Assembly: GCA_029288895.1 (NCBI GenBank)
Contig: JARIGK010000004.1
Coordinates: 241,866 to 298,336 of the forward strand
Direction of reading: 5' to 3'
DNA length: 56,471 nt
Source of the DNA: Candidatus Adlerbacteria bacterium
GTDB lineage: Bacteria; Patescibacteriota; Minisyncoccia; Phycocordibacterales; SBAW01
This document shows positions 26,022-34,087 of the stretch, piece after piece. How positions within the stretch are numbered: the first letter of the stretch is position 1; each line of letters opens with the position of its first letter. The position numbers were made by a program, and so were the translations under genes. The notes beneath the pieces were generated by a model, which was not told the origin of the DNA, searched no databases, and worked only from the letters and a program-made list of their open reading frames with translations.

Positions 26022-26945
26022 TTAGCGTGCGCGGAGCCAGTAGTAGATGTCCTCGAGTGCTTTGACGGCATCGCCCGCAGCGATGTTGTTTTGGTGATAG
26101 AGCCCGTCCGAGCAGTCGCCGGCAGACCAAATACCTTCGACACTTGTGCGCTGGGTTTTTGCATCGACTTTGATTTTCTTCTGCTCGTTCATGTCGACCA
26201 AGCCTTCGACCAAACCCGTCGCCGAGATCATACCGATTTCGACAAAGATACCTGCGGCAGGGAGCTCTGATGTTTCGCCAGTCTTTGTATTTTTGATTGA
26301 AATACCTTTTACAAAGTTTTCGCCTTTCACTTCGGTGATCACTGTGTCATTGAGTGCTGTAAAGTTTGGGTGTGCCGAAACAGTTTGCACGGTTGATGCG
26401 TCTGCTTTTGAAAAGTCGCTGCTGCGATTCAGGAGCGTGACAGACTTGCAGTAGGCCAACAGTTGCGCTGCGCTTTCAAACCCGGCGTTGCCTGCGCCTA
26501 CGACCACGACATCTTGGCCGCTAAAAAGCGGGCCATCGCACGATGCACAGTAGGTGAGGCCTTTGTTTTCAAATTGCATGGCGCCCGGCACATCCAATTT
26601 GCGGCGCGAGCCACCGGTTGCAATAAGGACAGATTTTGCTTCGATTTTTTCGCCCTTTACATCAAGCGCAAAACCGCCGTCAATTTTAGTGACTTTCTCG
26701 GCACGTGCACCCAACTTCAAATCAACCACGTCAGCAGTGTAGGCCTTCAAATGTGCTTCGAGTTGTTTTGCCAAATCGAGGCCAGAAATTTTTTGTGTTC
26801 CAATCCAGTTTTGGATCTCGACCGAGTCGGTGCTTTGGCCGCCAACGGTCTCTGCAATAAATACAGTTTTGAGCCTTTTACGTGCAGCGTATACACCCGC
26901 GGCGACACCCGCAGGGCCACCACCAACAATAGCTAAGTCGTACAT
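26022..26945 (-). CDS. trxB: thioredoxin-disulfide reductase-like FAD/NAD(P) oxidoreductase
   Basis: AIVGGGPAGVAAGVYAAR, redox CxxC in YCASCDGPLF, VVVVGAGNAGFESA, SAGDCSD. Confidence 0.8.
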   Translation of the reverse strand: MYDLAIVGGGPAGVAAGVYAARKRLKTVFIAETVGGQSTDSVEIQNWIGTQKISGLDLAKQLEAHLKAYTADVVDLKLGARAEKVTKIDGGFALDVKGEKIEAKSVLIATGGSRRKLDVPGAMQFENKGLTYCASCDGPLFSGQDVVVVGAGNAGFESAAQLLAYCKSVTLLNRSSDFSKADASTVQTVSAHPNFTALNDTVITEVKGENFVKGISIKNTKTGETSELPAAGIFVEIGMISATGLVEGLVDMNEQKKIKVDAKTQRTSVEGIWSAGDCSDGLYHQNNIAAGDAVKALEDIYYWLRAR

Positions 26946-26949
26946 CTAG

Positions 26950-28170
26950 CTATTTTATCTTAGGACGGCGGAGGAAGGAAGGCACAGCGCCCCATTCATC
27001 TTCTTCATCCTCTTCTTTTTTGAGTTTGGGTTCGACGACAGGTTCTGGCGCTCTCTTAGGCTGCTCCTCTTCTTTCTTAGCTACCTCTTTTTGGGCAACA
27101 ACTGGGGCTGGGGCCGGAGTGTTGAAGATCTTGCCGATAGGGGCAACATCAGCCTCCTTTTCGCGATTTGCGCCAAAGGCAAAGAGCTGGGTGCCGCCGC
27201 GCGGCGTGATGCCGGTTGCAGGGAAGCCAGTTGCAATAACGGTGACGCGGACTTCGCCTTTTTTGAGCTTCTCGTCCTTGATGGCACCGAAGATGATTTT
27301 TGCGTTGGGGTCCACAGACTCGGTGATGATCTTTGCTGCTTCGTGCACTTCGATCATGCCCAAGTCATCCTGGCCTGCGATTGCAAACAAGACGCCCTTT
27401 GCGCCGTTGATAGAAAGCTCAAGGAGTGGCGACGAGACGGCAGCCTTGGCAGCATTTGCTGCGCGGCCTTCGCCCGATGCGATACCAATGCCCATCAATG
27501 CCGAACCGGCATTTTCCATAACTGCGCGGATGTCGGCGAAGTCGACGTTGATGATGCCCGGGTGGGTGATGAGGTCAGAAATTCCCTCAACAGCCTGCTT
27601 CAAGATGTCATCGCATGCGGCAAATGCCTGCTTCAAAGTTGTCTCTTTTGCGACGGTTGCCAAGATGCGGTCGTTCGGAATAACGATAAGTGCGTCGACT
27701 TCTTTGCGGAGGTCATCCAAACCCTGCTCTGCAAGGCGGCCGCGCTGCTGGCCTTCGAATGAAAATGGTTTTGTGACGACTGCAACGGTGAGTGCGCCCA
27801 TTTCTTTTGCAGTCTTTGCGACGATAGGTGCAGCACCAGTACCTGTGCCGCCGCCCATACCGCCTGCGATAAAGACCATGTCGCTGCCTTTGAGCGCCTG
27901 CTGGATTTCATCTTTCGTTTCTTCCGATGCGCGCTTGCCGATCTCTGGGTTCATGCCGGCGCCAAGACCGCGGGTCAAGTTTTTGCCGATGTGAATCTTT
28001 TTCTTTGCGAGCGAGTGGTGCAGATCCTGCGCGTCGGTGTTGATGGAGATAAAGTCGACGCCGCGCACTTTGCTTTCAACCATGTGATTGACCGCATTCT
28101 TGCCGGAACCGCCCACGCCCACTACGCGAATTCGTGCGAATGCTTCAATTTCTGGTTGTACTTGTGCCAT
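26950..28170 (-). CDS. ftsZ: cell division protein FtsZ
   Basis: VVGVGGSGKNAVNHM, FIAGGMGGGTGTGAAPIVA, NVDFADI. Confidence 0.97.
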   Translation of the reverse strand: MAQVQPEIEAFARIRVVGVGGSGKNAVNHMVESKVRGVDFISINTDAQDLHHSLAKKKIHIGKNLTRGLGAGMNPEIGKRASEETKDEIQQALKGSDMVFIAGGMGGGTGTGAAPIVAKTAKEMGALTVAVVTKPFSFEGQQRGRLAEQGLDDLRKEVDALIVIPNDRILATVAKETTLKQAFAACDDILKQAVEGISDLITHPGIINVDFADIRAVMENAGSALMGIGIASGEGRAANAAKAAVSSPLLELSINGAKGVLFAIAGQDDLGMIEVHEAAKIITESVDPNAKIIFGAIKDEKLKKGEVRVTVIATGFPATGITPRGGTQLFAFGANREKEADVAPIGKIFNTPAPAPVVAQKEVAKKEEEQPKRAPEPVVEPKLKKEEDEEDEWGAVPSFLRRPKIK

Positions 28171-28206
28171 ACAGTAGTGCTCTTTTAGTAATGATTATGC
28201 CGGGAA

Positions 28207-28233
28207 AGTATACCACTTCTAATCCAGAAGCAA
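28207..28233 (-). promoter_or_regulatory. candidate ftsZ promoter TTGCTT-15-TGgTATACT (leadered, 36 nt to the ATG)
   Basis: The minus strand reads ttgcttctggattagaagtggtatact. Confidence 0.4.
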
Positions 28234-28255
28234 ATCCCGGCTGTTGAGCCGGGAT
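28234..28255 (-). terminator. hairpin downstream of the AT-rich membrane gene
   Basis: atcccggc-tgttga-gccgggat. On the minus strand it is followed by ttgcttct. Confidence 0.5.
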
Positions 28256-28292
28256 AGTTTGACAAATAAAGCTTTTATTTTCTTTCCGATCG

Positions 28293-29069
28293 CTACCTAA
28301 GATCTATTTCCTCGTAGGCAGTTATGGCAGCTAATGAACCTAACGAAATCCACATACATATTTCTTCAAGAGGTATTGCAGCTCCAAGAATAGTAATTGT
28401 GCCAACATAATTGCCTGGATAGGTCCACCAACCTACACGGAGACCAACTATTTCGTACATAAGTGCAAATATAGATAAGAAAATGGCGGCCTTAAAAATT
28501 TCTTTGAAAAGATGCGGGTGCACATACAGAATGCAAAGCATCGGTAAGAAGGTAAAAAGAGATCCAAATATGAGGTACGCGTATGGAATTGTAAATACCG
28601 AAGGGTATTCCGTAAGTGCAAACAATGTTGCTGACACTATGCTACCGGCAAGCAATAGAAATTTTCCGTGGTTTTTCCAGAATTTATGTTTCTTTGTCAT
28701 TCGATATGGGTGTGTGTCGAAAAAAACTTGATATACACACACCGTAAAACCGATCCATAATACCCACCAACCTACAGCTTCCAAAGGTAGACCTCGAATC
28801 TGGAAGAACGGCAATAATGGCTTGTATTTCCATTCATCGCTCATTTCTGCCATTACTTGCATCGGGAAGCCCGTACATAGTCCAGCAACTAATGAAAAAG
28901 TAAATGCATGAGAATGAATTTTCCAATACCTAGCCACTAAATAGAGCCCAGGTATGCCGAAAAAAAGAAGCGTACCTACAATATGATTTGGTTTAAATAG
29001 AAATACACCTACTAAGACGCATACAAAATATGCAAAGAGGAAAATAGCGTCGAGCTTTTTCTTTGTCAT
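28293..29069 (-). CDS. AT-rich polytopic membrane protein with two lycopene-cyclase-domain-like PLE(E/A) repeats
   Basis: Start moved to ATG 29067..29069, which forms a TAATG overlap with the ftsA stop. About 7 TM helices. Motifs GLPLEAVGWWVLW and AIPLEEICMWISL. Visibly lower GC than both flanks. Confidence 0.6.
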   Translation of the reverse strand: MTKKKLDAIFLFAYFVCVLVGVFLFKPNHIVGTLLFFGIPGLYLVARYWKIHSHAFTFSLVAGLCTGFPMQVMAEMSDEWKYKPLLPFFQIRGLPLEAVGWWVLWIGFTVCVYQVFFDTHPYRMTKKHKFWKNHGKFLLLAGSIVSATLFALTEYPSVFTIPYAYLIFGSLFTFLPMLCILYVHPHLFKEIFKAAIFLSIFALMYEIVGLRVGWWTYPGNYVGTITILGAAIPLEEICMWISLGSLAAITAYEEIDLR

Positions 29070-30247
29070 TACGGGAGGAACTTCTTGAACCAGCGCCAGG
29101 CGCCACCGAAGATGTCGGAGAGATTGCTTTCGTCGCGGACTTCGAAGTCGCCGCCCTGCGTGATGCCCCAGATGGTGAGGCCATACGCCACGGCCCATGA
29201 GCCATCTTTCAATTGCATTTTGGTTGCAGCGCCTTCTGCCAATGCTGCGGTGCGCGCAGGCAAGCGCAGTGCTGCTTTTGCCAAATCAGACACGCTCTGG
29301 ATAAGCGAGCCGCCGCCTGTGAGGATAATGCCTGCAGGCAAAAGTTCGTCTTTACCTATTTTTTTCAAATGCGCCTCAACCAACTTGAGCATCTCGGAGA
29401 CTTTCTTGGCGATGATGTCGTCGATCTTCTTCTTTGGGTAGGGGGCGCCCAAGACCGCGCCTTGTTTTAGTTGTTCGGCATCTTCGGGTGCGATGCGGAG
29501 GCCCAAGGCCAAGTCGTTGGTGACGTTTGCGCTGCCAGTAGGGAAGACTTTGATAGAAATCGGTACCGTATCTTCAAACACAATAATAGAAAGCGTCTCC
29601 GCACCGATGTTTGCCAAAACGCAGCCCACGCGCTTTTGCATCTTAGTAAGTGCAACAAAGCTTGCAGCTAAAGGTGCGGCAACGATATCTTCCACTTCGA
29701 CGCCAGCGTCTTCTACAGCGGCGACCAAATCGGCAACATGGCGCTCGAGGCAGGTAATAAAGAGCGTCTCAGTAGCGATGCGCATACCCTTCATTCCCAC
29801 AGCCGAACGGCCCATCACGCGCGCACCGTCGACAGAAAAGCGCAGCGGAATAGTGTGGATGATCTTTTTATTTAAAATGGCAGCCGGCGCCAGAGCCTTT
29901 TCGCTTGCGGCAATGGCGCGCGGGATATCGCGCTCGGTAATTTCTGAGTCGCCGCGCTCAACAACAGCCTCGCCGCGCGAGAACGCCTCATCGAGGCCAA
30001 TGCCGCCAATGGCGACGTAGGCCTTTTTAACTTTGACGTGTGCGGCTTTGGAGGCTTGGGCCACGGCTGCAGCAATCGAACGCGATGTTTCGGCATGCGA
30101 AAGGATATAGCCTTGCTTCATTCCGCGGCTTTCTGCGTAGCCTGTGCCTAATATGCGCGGCGGTTGCCGAGGGTCGTCCGCGCTTTCGGCGATAACGACT
30201 TTGACATGATAGGTGCCAACATCAATTCCGGTTACGATTTTGCTCAT
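29069..30247 (-). CDS. ftsA: cell division protein FtsA
   Basis: VTGIDVGTYHVKVVIAE, actin-fold phosphate motifs, ILTGGGSLI. Confidence 0.95.
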   Translation of the reverse strand: MSKIVTGIDVGTYHVKVVIAESADDPRQPPRILGTGYAESRGMKQGYILSHAETSRSIAAAVAQASKAAHVKVKKAYVAIGGIGLDEAFSRGEAVVERGDSEITERDIPRAIAASEKALAPAAILNKKIIHTIPLRFSVDGARVMGRSAVGMKGMRIATETLFITCLERHVADLVAAVEDAGVEVEDIVAAPLAASFVALTKMQKRVGCVLANIGAETLSIIVFEDTVPISIKVFPTGSANVTNDLALGLRIAPEDAEQLKQGAVLGAPYPKKKIDDIIAKKVSEMLKLVEAHLKKIGKDELLPAGIILTGGGSLIQSVSDLAKAALRLPARTAALAEGAATKMQLKDGSWAVAYGLTIWGITQGGDFEVRDESNLSDIFGGAWRWFKKFLP

Positions 30248-30560
30248 GCATGCGGAGCCCGAATTGTTTTAAAATTCTCTGCTCTTCGAGTTCCATTCTA
30301 GCACCATGTTTGAGCCCCTTTAAATGGAAGAGGCCGTGGATAAACAAATAGCCGATAGAAAAGGGTTTTGCGGCGGTGCGGCAGATTAAAATTTCCCCGG
30401 ATGTTTTTGAAAGAGGAAACGAGAGAACGTTGGAGACTTTGTCGTAGCCGCGGGTCTTCTTCGTAACCTCGCGCATTTCATCAGCACGCAAAAAGGCAAG
30501 GGATAAATCATATTCCTTGCCCAACACTGCGTCTTTTATTTGTTTGTAGGGAATTCGCAC
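30222..30560 (-). CDS. ybeY: rRNA maturation RNase YbeY (short, 112 aa)
   Basis: Zinc motif FIHGLFHLKGLKHG. The 3' end overlaps the ftsA start by 26 nt. Confidence 0.8.
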   Translation of the reverse strand: MRIPYKQIKDAVLGKEYDLSLAFLRADEMREVTKKTRGYDKVSNVLSFPLSKTSGEILICRTAAKPFSIGYLFIHGLFHLKGLKHGARMELEEQRILKQFGLRMHEQNRNRN

Positions 30561-30569
30561 AAGTCGAAT

Positions 30570-30821
30570 TTAGCGGCGGCGGCCACGAACTGGCTTCTCC
30601 GGCATCTTGCCCAACTTAATGAGCTCTTTGACTGCCTCGCGGCGCTTGATGACTTTGAGTGTCTGCTGGCGGCGGACGTTAGCCGACTTTACGCGAGTGT
30701 AGTAGCGGCGCTTGCGCGAGCCCTGGATAAGACCAGTGCCCTGGACGCGCTTGGAAAAGCGGCGGATCAAGTTTACCGGGTTTTCTGCTTCGTTTCGTGT
30801 GACTTCTGCGTTAATTGCCAT
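30570..30821 (-). CDS. rpsU: 30S ribosomal protein S21
   Basis: MAINAEV..NLIRRFSKRV..RKRRYYTRVKSANVRR. The ATG at 30821 is preferred over the listed GTG at 30839. Confidence 0.8.
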   Translation of the reverse strand: MAINAEVTRNEAENPVNLIRRFSKRVQGTGLIQGSRKRRYYTRVKSANVRRQQTLKVIKRREAVKELIKLGKMPEKPVRGRRR

Positions 30822-30829
30822 GTGGAAAC

Positions 30830-30838
30830 ACCATACCA
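30830..30838 (-). promoter_or_regulatory. extended -10 TGgTATGGT, 8 nt before ATG 30821
   Basis: The minus strand reads TGgTATGGTgtttccacATG. Confidence 0.45.
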
Positions 30839-30867
30839 CAGCAGGGCCATTCTAGGCAAGCTAGGTA

Positions 30868-30891
30868 AAGAAAAACCACCCGTAGGTGGTT
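30868..30891 (-). terminator. rho-independent terminator of the 99-aa orphan gene
   Basis: The minus strand reads aaccacc-tacg-ggtggtt followed by tttctttac. Confidence 0.7.
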
Positions 30892-30893
30892 GC

Positions 30894-31193
30894 TTAGCTG
30901 TCCAGACTATAATTGTCCGATTTGGTTGCGTCACAGGCGGCGTGGACCATGGCATCCAGATGTTCCATCTTGGTACGATCATAGACGCCGATAATTCTTC
31001 CTTCCTGACTCATACCTCTCTCGAAGTACGGAGCCATAGAAGAACCGAATTTCTGATCCTTCTTCTCCCGCCAAGACCAGGTGCCCTTTTGGAGGTTCAA
31101 CCTCACGCCGACAGGCTTCTTCTTCGAAATCGTAGCGGAATGAGGATTTGGTGACGTAAAAGTCAGAAAAACTAAGTTTTTGCGGCTGAACAT
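30894..31193 (-). CDS. hypothetical protein (99 aa)
   Basis: SD GGGAGA lies 7 nt upstream of the ATG, and the gene has its own terminator. I recognised no family motif. Confidence 0.55.
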   Translation of the reverse strand: MFSRKNLVFLTFTSPNPHSATISKKKPVGVRLNLQKGTWSWREKKDQKFGSSMAPYFERGMSQEGRIIGVYDRTKMEHLDAMVHAACDATKSDNYSLDS

Positions 31194-31249
31194 TCGAATC
31201 TCCCTGAACAGTTCGAAAGAAGCCTAGACGTAGCTACGCTCTATGTCAA

Positions 31250-32401
31250 CTACACTTTAATTGTTTTGAGGAAGCGGGGGAGGGCGGAGAGTTCCACTAC
31301 GGTTTGGGAGGAGTTGTTTGCCGAGCGGATGATGACGGTGCGGTCCAATGCTTCGCGCTGGCCCATGATGAGGAGGTGCGAAACGCCCTGCTTCTTTGCT
31401 GATTCCAATTGTGGCGAGAGGCTGCGTGCATCAAACGACTGTGCGACAGGCACACCCGCAGAGCGCAACATGTCGACAACAGTTAGGCCTTCCAATTTTG
31501 CACGGGTGCCCAACTGTACAAAGTAGACCTTCGGCATTTTGACCGACGGCGTTGGCGTAAAGTGTGCACGTGCGATGCCGTTGTTGCGAAAGAAGATGCT
31601 TGCCGACACGCCCCCTGAGTCTTTTTTGTTGGTGATTTTGCGGATGTACTCGTCATAGCGGCCGCCGTGCGCAGCAATGACTGTCGCATCTTGCTCTGCC
31701 AAGTCGAGTGCGAATACCAACCGTGGCTCGCGCTCGTCACCCATGAGCAAGTCGTCCAATTCGTACGGGAGGCCGAGCTTTTCTATATGTTCGAGCACAT
31801 CTTTAAAGTGTGCGCGGCTTTTTTCGGAGAGGAAGTTCATTGCGCGCGGGCCGTCCATCATCAAGTCGCGGCACGCCTCGTTTTTGCAGTTGTATATCGA
31901 GAAGGGGTTTTTGCTCACCTCTGCTTTGCAGCATTCGGCCAAGTCGTTTGCGCGCTTGCGCATAAAGCCCGAGAGCTCGCGTTCGAAACGTACCTTCGAA
32001 TCGCGGTCGCCGAGCGTGTTGACGCGTACACGTGCAACGCCTGCGCCCCACTCGTTTAAAATCGCAAACAATGTTTTAAGCAGCAGCACTTCGCCAAGCG
32101 AGTCGGGCGAGCCCACAACCTGCAGCCCGAATTCGCCTACTTCGCGCGGCGAGTACGAGGCCGGCGTGTGCGTTGGCGCGTGCGATGCGTAAAAGGCCAA
32201 CACCGGGTCCTTGGGTGCACGTACAAAACTCTGTGACGAAAGCTGCGTCACTGTCGTGAAGGAATGATGGCCACGCGGACGTTCGGTGCGGGGGACGGTG
32301 CGTTCTACCTCTTTCACAGGGCGGAATCCATAAAAGGACGAAACATCTGCGGCGTGCTTGATGAACGATGCGGGTGACAATCGCTGCGGTGCGCTGTTCA
32401 T
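31250..32401 (-). CDS. histidyl-tRNA-synthetase-like protein with degenerate catalytic motifs
   Basis: HisRS insertion-domain pattern (NTLGDRDS..NPFSIYNCKNEACRD..HFKDVLEHIEKLGLPYELDDLL), HGGRYDEY, and a clear C-terminal HGTP anticodon-binding domain (VYFVQLG..LLIMGQREALDRTVIIR). Motif 2 and RGLDYY are not conserved. Confidence 0.6.
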   Translation of the reverse strand: MNSAPQRLSPASFIKHAADVSSFYGFRPVKEVERTVPRTERPRGHHSFTTVTQLSSQSFVRAPKDPVLAFYASHAPTHTPASYSPREVGEFGLQVVGSPDSLGEVLLLKTLFAILNEWGAGVARVRVNTLGDRDSKVRFERELSGFMRKRANDLAECCKAEVSKNPFSIYNCKNEACRDLMMDGPRAMNFLSEKSRAHFKDVLEHIEKLGLPYELDDLLMGDEREPRLVFALDLAEQDATVIAAHGGRYDEYIRKITNKKDSGGVSASIFFRNNGIARAHFTPTPSVKMPKVYFVQLGTRAKLEGLTVVDMLRSAGVPVAQSFDARSLSPQLESAKKQGVSHLLIMGQREALDRTVIIRSANNSSQTVVELSALPRFLKTIKV

Positions 32402-32429
32402 TAGAAAAAAGCGGAAAAGGACCTGGTAA

Positions 32430-32987
32430 TTACTGCGGCTCTGTTTTAAAGCCCGGGAACAGAGTGGCAGTTTGAACAGGAAGCAGGCGCACGAAGACGC
32501 GGCCTACAATATTTTCGCGAGGAAGTAGACCCCACACGCGGGAGTCGGAGCTTTCGGGGCGGTTGTCGCCCATCACAAAGTAATTACCTTCTGGAACTGC
32601 GTAGTCGGCATCGGCGCCGTTGCCGTGGTTGATGACATATGACTCGTCGAGCTTCTCGACGCTGCCGTCTGCTTTGGTGACAGAGACGTTATTGCCTGAA
32701 ATATGTACGGTTTCGCCTGGCAAACCAATGATGCGCTTAATAAAGAACTGCGACGGGTCTTTGGGGTAGCGGAACACGATCACATCGCCGCGCATCGGTG
32801 CGCGGAAGTGGTACGTTGCTTCATCGATGATCAAATATTGCGCGTCTTGAAAGGTTGGGACCATCGAAATGCCCGACACGATGAAAGGTTGTGCAACAAA
32901 AAGGCGTATCGGCAGTACAACCAGTACTGCGACAAGAGCAAATTTTAGGAGTTCGGTGAAAAAATTCTCACGTTTCTCCTCTGGCAT
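32430..32987 (-). CDS. lepB: signal peptidase I
   Basis: SGISMVPTF, GDVIVFRYP, KRIIGLPGE, GDNRPESSDSR. Confidence 0.95.
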   Translation of the reverse strand: MPEEKRENFFTELLKFALVAVLVVLPIRLFVAQPFIVSGISMVPTFQDAQYLIIDEATYHFRAPMRGDVIVFRYPKDPSQFFIKRIIGLPGETVHISGNNVSVTKADGSVEKLDESYVINHGNGADADYAVPEGNYFVMGDNRPESSDSRVWGLLPRENIVGRVFVRLLPVQTATLFPGFKTEPQ

Positions 32988-32993
32988 GGCACA

Positions 32994-32999
32994 ATTGTA
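32994..32999 (-). promoter_or_regulatory. -10 box TACAAT, 6 nt before ATG 32987
   Basis: The minus strand reads TACAATtgtgccATG. Confidence 0.5.
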
Positions 33000-33034
33000 C
33001 GCTTCCTATTTTGCAATGCAAGTTTTTTGCAAAA

Positions 33035-33043
33035 TGATACACT
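33035..33043 (+). promoter_or_regulatory. extended -10 TGaTACACT, 9 nt before ATG 33053
   Basis: TGaTACACTaatggcgacATG. Confidence 0.5.
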
Positions 33044-33052
33044 AATGGCGAC

Positions 33053-33610
33053 ATGAATTGGATAATTGCAGGCCTCGGGAACCCAGGTGATGAGTACGTC
33101 GGCACGCGCCACAACGTTGGGCGCGAGTTTTTGATGGATATAGAAAAGAAGAATGGCGAGAAGGGAAAACTTTTTGGAAAGAAAGTCACGATTGTGTTTC
33201 CTGACACGTACATGAACAACTCGGGTGTGGCATTTAAAAAACTTGTGACAAGTAAAAAACAAGCAGAGATGTTTGTGGTGCTGCAAGATGAGCTTGATTT
33301 GCCGCTGGGCAAAGTGAAAATCTCATTTGGCTCTTCCGCGGGCGGCCACAACGGCATTAAGTCGGTAGAAAAAGCGATCAAAACAAAAGACTACGTGCGC
33401 ATCCGCATCGGTATTTCGCCTGCAACACCCACGGGTAAACTCAAAAAACCAACAGGCGAAGAAAAAGTCGTCGACTTTGTGTTGGGCAAATTTAAAGCAG
33501 CAGAACAAGACAAATTAAAGAAAGCAAAAAAACTTGTGCGCGATGCGCTCGAACTCTTGGTCACCGAAGGCCGCGACCGCGCAACGATGGACATCCATTC
33601 TAGGCAGTAG
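33053..33610 (+). CDS. pth: peptidyl-tRNA hydrolase
   Basis: IIAGLGNPGDEYVGTRHNVG, GGHNGIKS. Confidence 0.95.
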   Translation: MNWIIAGLGNPGDEYVGTRHNVGREFLMDIEKKNGEKGKLFGKKVTIVFPDTYMNNSGVAFKKLVTSKKQAEMFVVLQDELDLPLGKVKISFGSSAGGHNGIKSVEKAIKTKDYVRIRIGISPATPTGKLKKPTGEEKVVDFVLGKFKAAEQDKLKKAKKLVRDALELLVTEGRDRATMDIHSRQ

Positions 33611-33649
33611 TATTCTCCGCACAGCTGCTCTAGTCGAAGGAGATGTGCT

Positions 33650-34027
33650 GTGCCTGATGCTCAATCTGCTCCCTCTCTTGTGGAGAGGGCCCGCACCTAT
33701 GTTGGCCTCAAAGGCCTGCCCACCGACGCATTTAATGCGGTCGTTGCCTTGAACCTGCAGGTCGAGATACCTGCTATGTGGCCGCGCATAAAGAAGGCGA
33801 GGACCTACTCGGAATACATGTTCGAGAAGTTTGATCGAGATAGAGACATGGCCGACGCCGTCCTGGTTGAAACCAATAAGGACAAGGTGAAGAGTTTTGA
33901 CGCCATCGTCGGCAAAATCAATCTCGTGATCGCCGGCGGCGTGACGACGCAGTCACAGGCCGAGGCAATCGATGTCCTGCTCGACGAAATGGCCATGCTC
34001 ATCTACGGACGGCCTCGAAGCCGATAA
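33650..34027 (+). CDS. hypothetical protein (125 aa, GTG start)
   Basis: SD GAAGGAGA lies 6 nt upstream of the GTG, and a terminator follows. No family recognised. Confidence 0.5.
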   Translation: MPDAQSAPSLVERARTYVGLKGLPTDAFNAVVALNLQVEIPAMWPRIKKARTYSEYMFEKFDRDRDMADAVLVETNKDKVKSFDAIVGKINLVIAGGVTTQSQAEAIDVLLDEMAMLIYGRPRSR

Positions 34028-34031
34028 ACGC

Positions 34032-34070
34032 AAACGCCCCGCCGGGTTTCTCCAGCGAGGCGTTTTTCTT
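34032..34070. terminator. imperfect hairpin plus T-run between the convergent genes
   Basis: aaacgcccc..ggggcgttttt ctttt. Confidence 0.55.
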
Positions 34071-34087
34071 TTGCGTTTTTGTGAGAA

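Noticed and set aside
27020-27994. A 324-aa ORF (plus others at 27091..27762) antisense to ftsZ.
   Set aside because: It is a shadow ORF inside ftsZ. The Ser/Ala/Pro-rich translation has no recognisable domain.
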